Below are positions 51,713 to 64,000 of a DNA stretch of 64,000 bases, piece after piece. This stretch comes from Octopus vulgaris (Eukaryota). The stretch is taken from the NCBI GenBank assembly GCA_951406725.2, contig OX597816.1, positions 12,276,001-12,340,000 on the forward strand, given 5' to 3'. The notes beneath the pieces were generated by a model. That model was given only the letters and a program-made list of their open reading frames with translations. It was not told where the DNA came from and ran no database searches. Position 1 is the stretch's first letter, and every line of letters begins with the position of its first letter. Position numbers and translations under genes: made by a program.

Positions 51713-52827
51713 TAAGATTATGATAAAGATGAATGAAAATGAAAATGAAATATAGAAATGTGCTACCTACCCCCATTTCAACAGTATCCTTTACTTCCTT
51801 TTAGATCCAGTTCGAATTAATTCCATATCGTTCTTCAAGTTCCTCGTGTGGCACAATCTTTATGTTACAAAACACATTTCTATATCTAACGCTCTCTTTA
51901 TACTCTTTAATCTCTCTCATCCGACATTCCGGCACCAATACGCCTGCGACCATATTTTCCCCTTCATTTTATTTTCGTAATTACAATTTCCACGTCCCTC
52001 CATTTCGACAACTTGTCCACCAATTTCCATATTCACACCCTTAAGCAAGACACAAGCATAACAAGTATGTGGGAGGGAGTTTTGTGATTTTTTTTTTGTG
52101 TGTGTTTGCGTTTCTTTTTTCTTTTTATTTGTGTCGGAGGGGAATGGGTGGGTTTGGTGTCTGCAGGGGGAAGGCGGGGTTGAGAAGGTATGGGTGGGGT
52201 GAGTACAGGTTGGGGTTCACATTGACTGTCCTTCTTCCTCTTCCTCTGTTTTCAGTAATCCGTAAGTATAAACAGTAAAAAAAAAAAAATGGTTAAATTT
52301 TTGCTTTTATAATTATATATACAAGACTGGAAGATATCATTATTATATTTTATGCAAATATAAAATTATTCATGTACTGACCCAATATAGAGTAAATTAA
52401 TGTGTTATATTTAAAGAATTATATTTAAAATCAGTTTGTTATACATTAGAGGTGTACAGGTTCAAGTTTCAAGAAGACAAATTTCAGGCATTCATCCATT
52501 GGATAATTTATACTATGTGAACATCTGTATACTTAAAAAAATAATTCAATTTCTATTTTCTTACAGCAATCATGCTATTTTATTATGATATCACAATATG
52601 CAATACAGGCTATCAATGTGAATCTTACCGTGATGATCTCTTATAGAGCTTAAAAGTTTTATAAGACCTATGTCTACAGGTAGATAATGCTTCCGATTGG
52701 CAATTAATTAAATTACTTTGTTTATATAATAATATGTATAGCGATTCTCTTGTACGAAGACGGCAGATGGAAGATTTGTGTATATGGTGTAGTTGAGTCA
52801 ATAATTGACCACAATAATTTATAGTTA

Positions 52828-53041
52828 CTCTTCTACTCTTTTACTTGTTTCAGTCATTTTTTATTGTGGCCATGCTGGGGCACTGCCTTTAGTCGAGCAA
52901 ATCGATCCCGGGACTTATTCTTTGTAAGCCTAGTACTTATTCTATTGGTCTCTTTTGCTGAACCGCTAAGTTACAGGGACGTAAACACACCAGCATCGGT
53001 TGTCAAGCGATGTTAGGGGACAAACACAAACACACACACAC

Positions 53042-53077
<36 letters not shown>

Positions 53078-53211
53078 GACGGGCTTCTTTCAGTTTTGGT
53101 TGACCCGAGGCTATAGTAGAAGACACATGCCCAAGGTTCCACGCAGTGGAACTGAACCCGGAACCATGTGGTTGGTAAACAAGCTACTTACCACACAGCC
53201 ACCCTTACGCC
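52828..53211 (-). mobile_element. SINE family B
   Basis: Tail, body and head in reverse orientation. Confidence 0.85.
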
Positions 53212-53686
53212 TAACGTTTTTTTTTTGTTTGAGTGTATGTACATATGTAGCCAACGAAGTAGTGTTATTCGTTATATTCAGTTTAAATGAATATGTGCTA
53301 GAAATCTTTGTTTAAAGTTAATAGGGCTCCCTATATATACCTTACTGTGTAAGTTAGCAGTTTTTGTAACAGTACACTTATATATAATTTTGAACCTCCT
53401 ACATTTATATATTTATCTATTAATACAATATTGTTTATACTACAGGCGTATATCATCTGCGATTTTTTTGATGTAATTTTTCCTGCTTTGACTTCGTAAT
53501 ATATTATCGCTCTAACTGAATCTCTAAATGCCTTTAAGATGTTAGACATTTCTCATACCAAGAGCACTTATCTGAAATTCTGTGCACTTTATTGTCATTG
53601 AATATATTTGATTAACTGTATATATATATATATATATATATTACAAATGGAAGATAGAAGATGAAATATACGGGAATATATTATTA

Positions 53687-53790
53687 ATGACAACAATTGT
53701 TTCGACACATCTAGCATCGATTCCTTTTGTGGGACACTCAACAACTGGTTCAGGAGTATCCAGTGGTGCAGACGTATCTCGTCGGGTGAT
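53687..53790 (-). ncRNA. Hammerhead family H6 with long branched stem II (U4C core)
   Basis: rc ATCAC-CCGACGA-GATACGTCT...AGATGTGTC-GAAAC-AATT-GTT-GTCAT. Confidence 0.65.
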
Positions 53791-53967
53791 AAATAAAAAA
53801 AAAACTCTTTAAAATGACTGTTCCACTATGCAACTTTCTGTTTTGTAGAGAGAAAAACAGCCAGACGGAGGAAAATTCTTCATATATATATATATATATA
53901 TATATTTTTTATGTATTGGATTAAGTCTTTCTTTGTTTGATTTGCATAATAGTGGTTTTGTCTCTAA

Positions 53968-54002
<35 letters not shown>

Positions 54003-54175
54003 AGAGCCAAAAATAAAATTGGATTAAGTGTTTGTTTCTCTTTTTGTCTGCTGCAATTTTATTTTTGGCTCTTATATATACATGAAGAATTTTCCTCCGT
54101 CTGGCTGTTTTTCGCTCTACAAAACAGGAAGGTGCATAGTGGAACAATCATTTTAACAAGTGTTTTTATTTATTC

Positions 54176-54279
54176 ACCACCTGACGAGATACGTCTGCAC
54201 CACTGGATACTCCTGAACCAGTGGTTGAGTGTCCCACAAGAGGAGTCGATGCTAGATGTGCTGAAATAATTGTTGTGAT
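54176..54279 (+). ncRNA. Hammerhead family H6, inverted partner
   Basis: CAC-CTGACGA-GATACGTCT...AGATGTGCT-GAAAT-AATT-GTT-GTG. Confidence 0.6.
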
Positions 54280-54317
54280 TAATAATATATTATCATATAT
54301 TCCATCTTCTGTCTTTC

Positions 54318-54445
54318 ATTTGTTATTAACCTAACGATCACTCTAAAAGTGACCGTGTTTCACCAGTAGGCTACCAGGTGTAAACCATTAGTTTACACCG
54401 TAAAACACGGTCACTTTCAAAGTGATCGTTAGGTTAATAACAAAT
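54318..54445. repeat. Hairpin palindrome with ~43-bp arms
   Basis: ATTTGTTATTAACCTAACGATCACT...GTGACCGTGTTT versus AAACACGGTCAC...AGTGATCGTTAGGTTAATAACAAAT; inner GGTGTAAAC/GTTTACACC. Confidence 0.85.
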
Positions 54446-55399
54446 TATTATATATATATATGTTTATATATTTATCTCTATGTTCACATAAATACAATGC
54501 ATACGTGGTATGCGTCAATAAGGAACTTTCAAGGTTTTGACGTTTTGACTTTGTAAAGGTTAAACCAATATCTTGTTATCTTTACAGTAGAAAATATTGA
54601 ACAATATAATAACAAACACTCATCTCTCTTACGAAGAGCCAAAGGCTCTTTACAATCATAAATATTGATGAACGACTACGTACTTTTATTCCCTCATTCT
54701 GAATGAGGTCAAACTTTTTCCCGTCCTTAATGTAGTATCTGGTATTTCTATATCTGTTCTTGTCTCTTATTCATGACATGTCGTTTTTCTATTTCCTGCT
54801 CTTCTCATCTCACACAATAGTTTACATTTAGATCTTTTTTTCAGGTAGACGTAATTATTTATTGTTCAATAAAACAGGGTCAATTCTAATATTGTTAAAC
54901 TCCACTATTTATTCCCCATTGTATCGACGCGAAGAATATATTTTTTTATCCTCTCTTTCTTTTATTTTCATTGTAATTTCTATTAATATTTAACATCTTG
55001 TATATACACAATGAAGTTTCAAGTCTCGTTGCATTAAACACTCTGTATTCTTCTTATGAAGTTTTTCCAAAGTAGTTGTAAAATATAATAGAAATATCGA
55101 ATGGATAAGAGTTCAGAGATGTTTTTTTTTGTAGCTTACACCTTGATGCATAGAATATGGCAATATCTCCATAGGTGTGTAAAAGCACATCATGTTTCAT
55201 TGTTACAGACTTTCAAAGATATTCATATACATACACGCATACATATATAATCATCATCATATAATCATCATCATCATCATCTTCATTATCATTTAACATC
55301 CGCTTTCCATGCCGACATGGGTTAGACAACTTGACTGGAAGTGGTAAGCTGAAGAGCTGTAATAGGTTCCAATGAGTGGAAGCTTGACTGATGAATAGA

Positions 55400-55787
55400 A
55401 AGCCACGAATGTTCCGTCCTAGTTTTTCTGTCCGTCTTTGTATCTTTCTATCCATTTTAAGTGAATTTTTGTTTATGGTCCATTCATGTAGTGAGTTCTT
55501 GTTGAGTGAGTTGTATCCAGGTATGGGTGGCTTATCTGGTATTCCTTGAAGAATTCTGTCCAGCCTCCGTTTAAAGGTGATGGGGTCCTTTTCCTCTTTG
55601 ATCTCTTTCAAGACAATATCAAACACGGCAGGGCCTGTTGAGGAAAATAAATTATGTCGCAGTGTACCTATATGTTGTGATTCTGAATTGGACAGGGAAC
55701 GTATAGCCCGTGGTCCCAGCCTTGGATGAACCTTGAAACTAATGTTCAGGTCGTTTGGGCAATGCTGGCGATATATTCTCCGCATCA
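55400..55787 (-). mobile_element. Second, shorter copy of the CR1-group LINE 3' end
   Basis: IYRQHCPNDLNISFKVHPRLGPRAIR...STGPA.F.I...EIKEEKDP..FK..LDR..Q.IPDKPP matches 26396-26710. Confidence 0.9.
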
Positions 55788-55877
55788 TATATAGATAGAT
55801 AGATATACAGTGAAAGAAAGAGAGAGTATACATAAATCGATATATATATATGTGCCGGAGTGTGTGGCTATTTTAAA

Positions 55878-56568
55878 ATACCTATTTCTTTACTACCCAC
55901 AAGGGGCTAAACACAGAGGGGACAAACAAGGACAGACAAACGGATTAAGTCGATTATATCGACCCCAGTGCGTAACTGGTACTTATTTAATCGACCCTGA
56001 AAGGATGAAAGGCAAAGTCGACCTCGGCTGAATTTGAGCTCAGAACGTAGCGGCAGACGAAATACTTATTTCTTTATTACCCACAAGGGGCTAAACACAG
56101 AGGGGACAAACAAGGACAAACAAGGCAGGCGGCGAGCTGGCAGAAACGTTAGCACGCCGGGCGAAGTGCTTAGCGGTATTTCGTCTGCGTTACGTTGTGA
56201 GTTCGAATTCCGCCGAGGTCGACTTTGTCTTTCATTTTCATCCAGTTTCGGGGTCGATAAATTAAGTACCAGTTAAGCTATTTTATTCGCACTCGGGGTC
56301 GATGTCGATGTAATCGACTTAATACCTATGTCTGTCCTTGTTTGTCCCCTCTGTGTTTAGCCCCTTGTGGGTAATAAAGAAATAGAAATAGGTATTTCGT
56401 CTGCGTTACTTTGTGAGTTCGAATTCCGCCGAGGTCGACTTTGCCTTTCATTCTTTCGGGTTCGATAAATTAAGTACCAGTTACGCACTGGGGTCGATGT
56501 AATCGGCAGACGAAATACCGCTAAGCATTTCGCTCGGCGTGCTAACGATTCTACCAACTCGCCGCCTT
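55878..56568. mobile_element. Tangle of SINE A units on both strands
   Basis: Minus units at 55878-56122, plus units at 56128-56505, minus head at 56505-56568. Confidence 0.8.
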
Positions 56569-56934
56569 AAAGTACCATTTTAGTTTAAAGTACCATTATA
56601 GAAGTATATTATGTTGTCTATGAGAGTCTGTTTCTGCTGTAAACAATGTCTGTGAAATTGTTTGTAACTTCAAATTAGCCATTCTTATTTGTTTATGTGT
56701 TGACTGTTTTAAATCAGAGTAATTAGTCATCAATATTTCAGCAAGACAGCGAAAGAAAATGTAAATTTTTGGAAAAGTAAAGAAATTTAGAGAATATTGA
56801 ATCAGTTAATTTTATTTAATTTTGCAAACTAATTTCATCATTGATTTCACTACAAGAAAAATATAACAAATCAGAACAACAACAGCAGCAACAACAATAA
56901 GGATAATAAGAAAAGCAGTAGCAGCAGGGGCAGT

Positions 56935-57962
56935 AGCAGCAGCAGCAGCAACAAGCATCATCACCTCCTCAATGACAATGACCACCACCATCATCACCAC
57001 CACCACCACCACAACTAACAACAACATCACCACAACAACAACAACAACCGCTGCCACCACTACCACTATCACTGCCACCACTACCACTACAACTGTCACC
57101 ACCACCACCACTGCTATCACTACCACAACCACCACCATAACCACCATTACTACCACGACCACCATCACCACCACAACCACTACCACCACCATTGCAACCA
57201 CACCACCACCATTACCACCACTACAACCACCACCACAGCCACCACAACCACCACTAACACCACCACAACCACAACTACCACCACCATCACAATCACACCA
57301 TAACCATTATCACCACCACCAACACCACCACCACAGTCACTACCACCACAATTGCCACCACTACCAGAACCACCTCTACCATCACTACTACCATCACAAA
57401 CACCACCACCACCATCCTCACCACCACCACTACCACCACAACCACTACACCGTTACCACCAATACACCCACCACTGCTACCACCACCACCACAACCACTA
57501 CCACCACCACTACCACAGCCACCAGAACCAACACCACCACCACTACTACTACCACCACCACGATCTACACCATCACCACATCCCCACCACCGCCACCACC
57601 ACCACAACCACTTCCAAAACCATCACCACCACCAACAACACCACTACTACCACCACAACCGCCACCACAACTACCAACACTACAACCACCACCACTACTA
57701 CCATCACAACCACAACCACCACCACAACAACCACCACGACCACCACCACACCACCACCACAACCACCACCACTACAACCACTACAGTCACCACAACCACC
57801 ACTACCACCACCACACCACTACCACCATCACCACCACCACAATTACCACCACCACCATTACAACTACCACTACCATCACAACAGCCACCACTACCATCAT
57901 TGCAACCACCACCACAGCCACCACCACCACCACCACCACTAACAGCAACAGCAACAACAACA
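56935..57962. repeat. Degenerate (ACC/ACA/ACT)n trinucleotide tract
   Basis: Direct inspection; explains the T/P/H-rich ORFs. Confidence 0.9.
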
Positions 57963-58562
57963 AAGTGAATATAAATAACCAAATAAACAAACACTGGCTG
58001 TAAAAGTAAATAAAAGCCGTCTTTCAAGTAAGCATTTTTTGTTTGATATTTTTGTTTGAGTGTTTTATCTTAGTTAATATTTATATATTTTGTTTTTTTT
58101 TTTGTCTTTGATGTCATAAATTTTGTAAATAAATTACAATACCATTAAAACATCGTTGCACAATCAGCGGAGTTCAGTCGACAAAACACATTTGGCATAA
58201 TCAATTAATAATGGGAAAAATTGAATAATCAGACACCGCCAGGAAAATAGCCGTTGCTGAACGCATTATAGAACCATTGATCGTTCTGTCATCATCTCCG
58301 TCCTTTATAAACCTTTCAACTATGCAAATTCGTGTGACAACAGATTTATTAGAGAGACACCATAATATTGGCTAAGCTGTTCAATTCATGATTAAATTGG
58401 GTAGTTTTAGGAAATGAAAAAAAAATATTTGTTTTTTACTCATGGGTTTTCAATTTAAATAATTCAAACATTTGAATATATTTCATCCCCCGAGGAAGAA
58501 ATGTTTGTTTTTGTTGTTATTTTTTTTGCGTTTCAGGTAGAAGTTTATATTGAGAAATAAAA

Positions 58563-58964
58563 CTAGCAGTATTGCCCGGCGTTGCTCGGGCTTGTTTTCT
58601 CTTCGACCCTTTAGAATTGGAATTTTTGAAAAGTAAAAATTTTGCATTATGTAGCTTCTTATTCTCTTTAAGTGAACATTTTTCTGGTTGAAATACACCG
58701 AAAAATGGCGACACAACAGTTTTTGAAAAATCGTAAAAAATAGGGATTTTCATAGAAAAAAAAGCACCTTTTTTATGTAAATAATTTTTGGTGTTAACAT
58801 GGTCCGATTTGGATTTTTACTTCTACGGAAGGAAGGGCAAGCCTTCTTCTATCATATTCTCAATTTTGGTCAACTGGCGCCGCAGGGTCTCGGAGGAGAT
58901 AGTGTTAGCTGAAGGATACCAAACTTGCCATACACAGACAACTTCAGCTTTATATATAGAGAGA
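58563..58964 (-). mobile_element. Non-autonomous Helitron
   Basis: On -: A|TCTCTCTATATATAAAGC...GCCCGAGCAACGCCGGGC hairpin-AATACTG-CTAG|T; no TSD. Confidence 0.85.
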
Positions 58965-59227
58965 TAAGAAAAAGTAAACAGAATTATTTGCAGGCCAAAC
59001 AACATGCTTATTGGCATTCCTCTTGGCTGTATTCTTTCTCAGTTCAAATTCTATTGAGGTTGATTTTTGTTTTCCATTCTTTCAGCTGTTATAAAAATAC
59101 TGTAATCCTTCGACTTTCGTGGGTGTTGTTACATTCTAAAGCGACCCCTCTGTAGGTGAACAATCTTCAAAGTAGAAACAGTGCTGTAATGTACATTAAA
59201 AAAAAATTATTTTTATAATGTATATAT

Positions 59228-59580
59228 GCTCTCTTTACTCTTTTCTTGTTTCAGTCATTATACTGTGGCCATGCTGGAGCACAGCCTTTAGTCGAGCAAA
59301 TCAACCCCAGGAGTTATTCTTTGTAAACCTAGTACTTATTCTATCAGTCTCTTTTACTGAACCGCTAAGTTACAGGGATGTAAACACACACACATATATA
59401 AATATATATATATATATATATACGACGGGCTTCTTTCAGTTTCTGTCTACCAAATCCACTCACAAGGCTTTGCTTGGCAGGAGGCTATAGTAGAAGACAC
59501 TTGCCCAAGGTCCCATGCAGTGGGACTGAACCTAGAACCATGTAGTTGGTAAGCAAGCTACTTACCACACAGCCACATGC
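59228..59580 (-). mobile_element. SINE family B
   Basis: Family B consensus in reverse orientation. Confidence 0.8.
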
Positions 59581-60184
59581 ACTTGGTTACATGTGCATTT
59601 TTTGTGTGTAATGTACGTTGATATATAATTATATATACATTTTTTTATGTATACGTGGAAAAGTGTGTCTGTGTGTGCGTATATTTTTATCCATCTATCT
59701 ATGTATCGATCTATCTACACACACATATTCTACTTGGGGAAGCCTTACCACTCAGTATTTATAGATACGCACACATACAGACATACATGGCTACGTACAT
59801 ACACACACATACATACATACACACACACATACATATATACATACATACATAAATACATACATACATAAATACATACATACATACGTACATACATACATGC
59901 AAACATACATGTAAACATATATGCATGCATTCATACATACACACATACTTGAATGCATACATGTGTGTGTGTTTGTGTGTGTGTGTGCGTTTGAGTGTGT
60001 GTGTGTGTTATTCACTTAATAAGCAAGACAAATATGTAATTAAGGAATGGTTTCTTTCTTGCAATATTCAAAATTATAATGTCTTCCAGATGAAATTAAG
60101 ATTCAATTTTAAATTGAATTATTCCAACATCTATTATTAACATCGGCATCATCACAATCATCATCTTCTTTAGTAGCAACACTA

Positions 60185-60219
<35 letters not shown>

Positions 60220-60432
60220 ACTATGGCTGTATGTTTAAGACATTTCCTCTACAATCATGAACTTGGTAGACAGGAATTTTGTGGTATATATATAATAATA
60301 ATAATAATATAAATAATATATATATATGTATATATGTATATATGTATATATATATATATATTATAAATTATATATATATGCATGTATACATACGTATATG
60401 TACATACATACATCTATACGTATATATATGTA

Positions 60433-60499
<67 letters not shown>

Positions 60500-61352
60500 A
60501 TATATATATATATGCATTTGTGGGCACAGGACATCATGAAACGTGTACACCAAAAGAATACGAAGTACGAGTCCATGGAATATGAACTATTTTTTCGAAC
60601 AACAAAAGACACAAATGGAAAATAAGACAAACAACATAAAGAACGACCCTCCATCAGATGTTGACTGTTTTTCTACTCTCGTATTTCGAGCATTTAACAA
60701 CAATATACACTTTTGATAAAACAGTTGCTCCTGTAAAGCAAATTAAATAAAATTTGGGATGTTGCGGAGGGTCAAAATTGGTAACGCAAACAAGATATTG
60801 AAAACAAACAGGAAGGGCTGCTAAGCCCAAACGAGGTTGTGGTGGTGAATGCGTAAATCAAGCTTGGACAGGAGACAGACAAGAACACATATATATAGTA
60901 TTAATAAAAGAGGAGGTGGAATGTGTGTCAGATTTTTATTAAGTACAACGCACGTTTCAACTCATTGTTCTGTGTCTCTTTGGGTACATCAATAAAAAAG
61001 TCACCCCGGAGATTTAATAAAAGTCGAATACAAATTCTATCTCCTATTTTATTAATACTACTACCCCAACTGCTACTGCAATGTTCCTGGAGTAAATCTA
61101 TGGATAAGAACAGGTAGCCTAAACCATGCTGGTACTTTACTTATCATCTATGCAACTGGCATAATTTTTCCCACTATACGTAACTTCCCTGTAACTTAGC
61201 AGTTCGGCAAAAGAGACCGATAGAATAAGTACTAGGCTTACAAAGAATAAGTCCTGGGTTCGATTTCCTCGACAAAAGGCAGTGCTCCAGCATGGCTGCA
61301 GTCAAATGAGTGAAACAAGTAAAAGATTATATATATATATATATGTGTGTGT

Positions 61353-62000
61353 GGTGTTTCAAAAAAATTGATATCGTTTGAGAGGTAAATAACACAGAAA
61401 CTACAAGGTCAAAGCAAATGAAACTAAACAGGCTTAATGTTGAGCAACATAAGAGTTGTTCCTCCTAATTTGAATGAGAAATTTAAAGGGATGTGGATTC
61501 CATGAACGAGTTGGTCTGAACAAGCTGCAGCTTGTAGGATTTCCTTAGCAAGCATTCCAAACTATCGTTGGAGGAATCTGGGTTTCCAGACTTGTTCTTC
61601 TTATGGACTTCTTGGGGCTTTGCAAAAGTTTTTGGTGAGTTTCTGTCTCTTCTGATGTTAGTAGTCATCCAGATTCTTTACCCTGCACAGACAGCGTTCC
61701 TCTTTGAATTTTCTGTGCTGTGTCCAAATCTGCATTGCTGTTAGTGACTTTTTAGAGAATTCTCTCATAAATGCATGCTACACAGTGTTGTTCGACTGTG
61801 TTCAAACATACTCCAACACACAAAACGCCTTTTCTCTTCCAGTGAATAACATTTCTATACCTGAAAATATAAACATATCAAATATTAAACATTAAATTTT
61901 GACCTGCTTCTACACATGCTGTTAAAATTTGAAGTCATTTGAGCAAGAACTAGCAAGTTATTAGATTGCAAAATAATATCAAATTTTTTGAAACACCCTG
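61353..62000 (-). mobile_element. Internally deleted Tc1/mariner element with DUF4817-like HTH remnant
   Basis: TIRs GGTGTTTCAAAAAAATTGATAT and ATATCAAATTTTTTGAAACACCCTG|TA; minus-strand EKAFCVLEY...HAFMREF...HRKFKEE...SPKKSIRRTSLE.QIP...SYKLQLVQ. Confidence 0.75.
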
Positions 62001-62006
62001 TATATG

Positions 62007-62043
<37 letters not shown>

Positions 62044-62127
62044 CCAACCATGAAAACACAACAACGCGAGAACGTGGAACAAGTATAGTGTTATTGGACG
62101 CTCAGGAAAGTAAAGAAAGAAAGAGGA

Positions 62128-62160
62128 TTTAACGTTTCGAGTGGAGCTCTTCGTCAGAGA
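62128..62160 (-). ncRNA. Minimal hammerhead family H2 (core intact, stems weakened)
   Basis: rc TCT-CTGACGA-A-GAG-CTCCA-CTC-GAAAC-GTT-AAA, within an element at ~62037-62213. Confidence 0.6.
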
Positions 62161-64000
62161 CATAGAAAAAGGAAAGGTCCAAGGAAGGGGAGATGGGGGA
62201 AAGAAAAATCGCCATATATATACATATATATATATAGACAGAGAGAGAAATAGATAAATATATATATGTAGAAAGATATAGTTGGTTATAGATATACATA
62301 TGTATGCGCCTGTATGTAGCCATGTATTAACATTATGTATGTGATGGTTGCAACGAAGCATCACCTTCATACAAGCAAGGTTGTTCTTTTCCAGTCTTCC
62401 ATGGAGAATTTGTCTGGCCATGGGGAGGCATTACGTTACCGGGAAGTCGGTTTGTGTTGGTGACAGGTGGCGCTTCTAGCTATTGAAAATATACTGCAAC
62501 AAATTTCATCTGAGCCATGCAAGCCTAGGAAAGTGGATGTTAAAACGATGATGATGACTGACGACGATGGTGATGACGAAGAGGAGGATGGAGATGATAA
62601 TAATGGCGATGATAGTTTTTGCACTTTTACAGACAACTTCATTTCCCTTTTCCGAATCTTTGTTCTCTTTATAATTCCATTTTTCATCTTCGCTCATTTC
62701 TGCTTCTCCCACAATTATCTCACAATGTCTATCTTTACCTCTTTAAATTATAGCTCAAAAATCACCTCTAATTACTGTTTGTGCCAACCAATCCTGTAAT
62801 TGCAATTCTTTTTTGGTTTGTTTTTCTTACCCCCCCCCCCGCCGCTTCCATTTTTGGCACCAATCAGTACAGCAGTCGGCATAATGGTGCAGCATTTGTC
62901 TGTTAATTGTGTCCTCCACGCTTTCATGTTTTACTTCGGACGATCTTAAAAGTAATCTTCAGTTATTTAGCCCCCACCCCACCAATCATTACATTTGCTA
63001 ATGCATCGGCGGCCTGAAATCAACTTCATATTAAAAGGAACACAGTCAAAGACTTTGGTGCCAATTACCGTAATTTAATGACGATAATTAATAAATGTTC
63101 GTCTTTTGAGACTAATTGAATTCGGTGTATTCTATAATTATTAATCTAAATATCGATAATAAAAGTTGAAATAAAAACGGTCCAATTGCAACAGAGAAAA
63201 AGAGACCAAATAAACAAGAATTTAAACAAAATAAATTTACCAAAAACAGTTTTATGTTATTCTCAGTAAATGTGAGTTTGCTGAATATTGTTTTTCGAGA
63301 AATATTATCTAATCTTATTCAAATAATTATTGGTTAACGAGTATTACAAAATTATTGTATTTCCTTTGCGGCATTTTAATTAAATTTTCTTTTAATTTAC
63401 ACCTACTTCTACTTTCAAGTATTTTGTTAAGGAATATAATTGCTTTGTCTGTTTCTGTCATTAGACTGCGGCCATACTGGGGCACTACCTTCAAGAATTT
63501 TTAGTCAAGTGACTTGACCACAGTACTATTTTTTTTAAAGCATTGTACTTATTCTATCAGTCTCTTTTGCCTAATTGTTTAGTTACGGCCATGTTATCAC
63601 ACTAACACTGGTTGTCAAGAGGTGGTGGACGAACACAGACACAAAGACACACACACACACACACACACACAATGCACCACCTGACCTGGGAATTGAAAGC
63701 ATGACCTTGTCACATGCCTACACTTACAAACCACAGCTAAGATAAATAATAGTTCTTTACTTGAAATAGGAACAATAAAACAACATTACATCACAAACGA
63801 GAGGTGTCAAATAGTTTAACAAACTACCATACATCTTACAAAGCATGATTTTTATCTGTTTAATGAAAAGTATGGCAGTTAGACAAAATATCCAGTCTGT
63901 TATTGGGGATGCTGTCTTTATTTCTCCAATTTCCATCTAAAGAATTTCTATTCATTTATTCAACACCTGAGAGTCAAGATTATTGAAAAGGTTGCAAGAC

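Noticed and set aside
54628-54652. CTTACGA-AGAGCC-AAA-GGCTCT hairpin resembling a hammerhead 5' half
   Set aside because: G5 is missing and no GAAAC follows; cannot be supported
56972-58003. 343-aa T/P/H-rich ORF (mucin/extensin-like)
   Set aside because: Lies wholly in a degenerate (ACC)n tract that is open in most frames; composition switches at indels; no non-repetitive domain

Overview
AT-rich, repeat-saturated eukaryotic DNA with no recognisable host protein-coding exon, rRNA, intact tRNA or CRISPR. The repeat landscape (dense (TA)n/(CA)n/(CAT)n microsatellites and several high-copy tRNA-headed SINEs) strongly resembles an Octopus/coleoid intergenic or large intronic region; this is an inference from repeat style. 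Nearly all supplied ORFs are microsatellite or SINE artefacts. Real coding remnants are all transposon-derived: a CR1-group LINE RT (two copies), an R4/Dong-type RLE LINE, an RTE fragment with a Cys/His finger, and two Tc1/mariner transposases. Non-autonomous DNA elements include TTAA (piggyBac-type), Merlin-type, mariner and pogo-type MITEs and a Helitron. The main hidden signal, read by eye, is about 16 minimal type-I hammerhead ribozyme motifs (about 5 with intact cores) from about 6 short repeat families. Most sit in (TA)n tracts, often in inverted arrangement, as expected of non-autonomous Penelope-like/retrozyme elements. One family joins a Pol III tRNA-like head to a hammerhead. Other observations: a 3' tail shared between the LINE and the main SINE, a 66-bp tandem pseudoknot unit, several foldbacks, local duplications and a few enhancer-like non-repeat islands. 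Coordinates were counted by hand and element edges are approximate. SINE copies listed are representative, not exhaustive.
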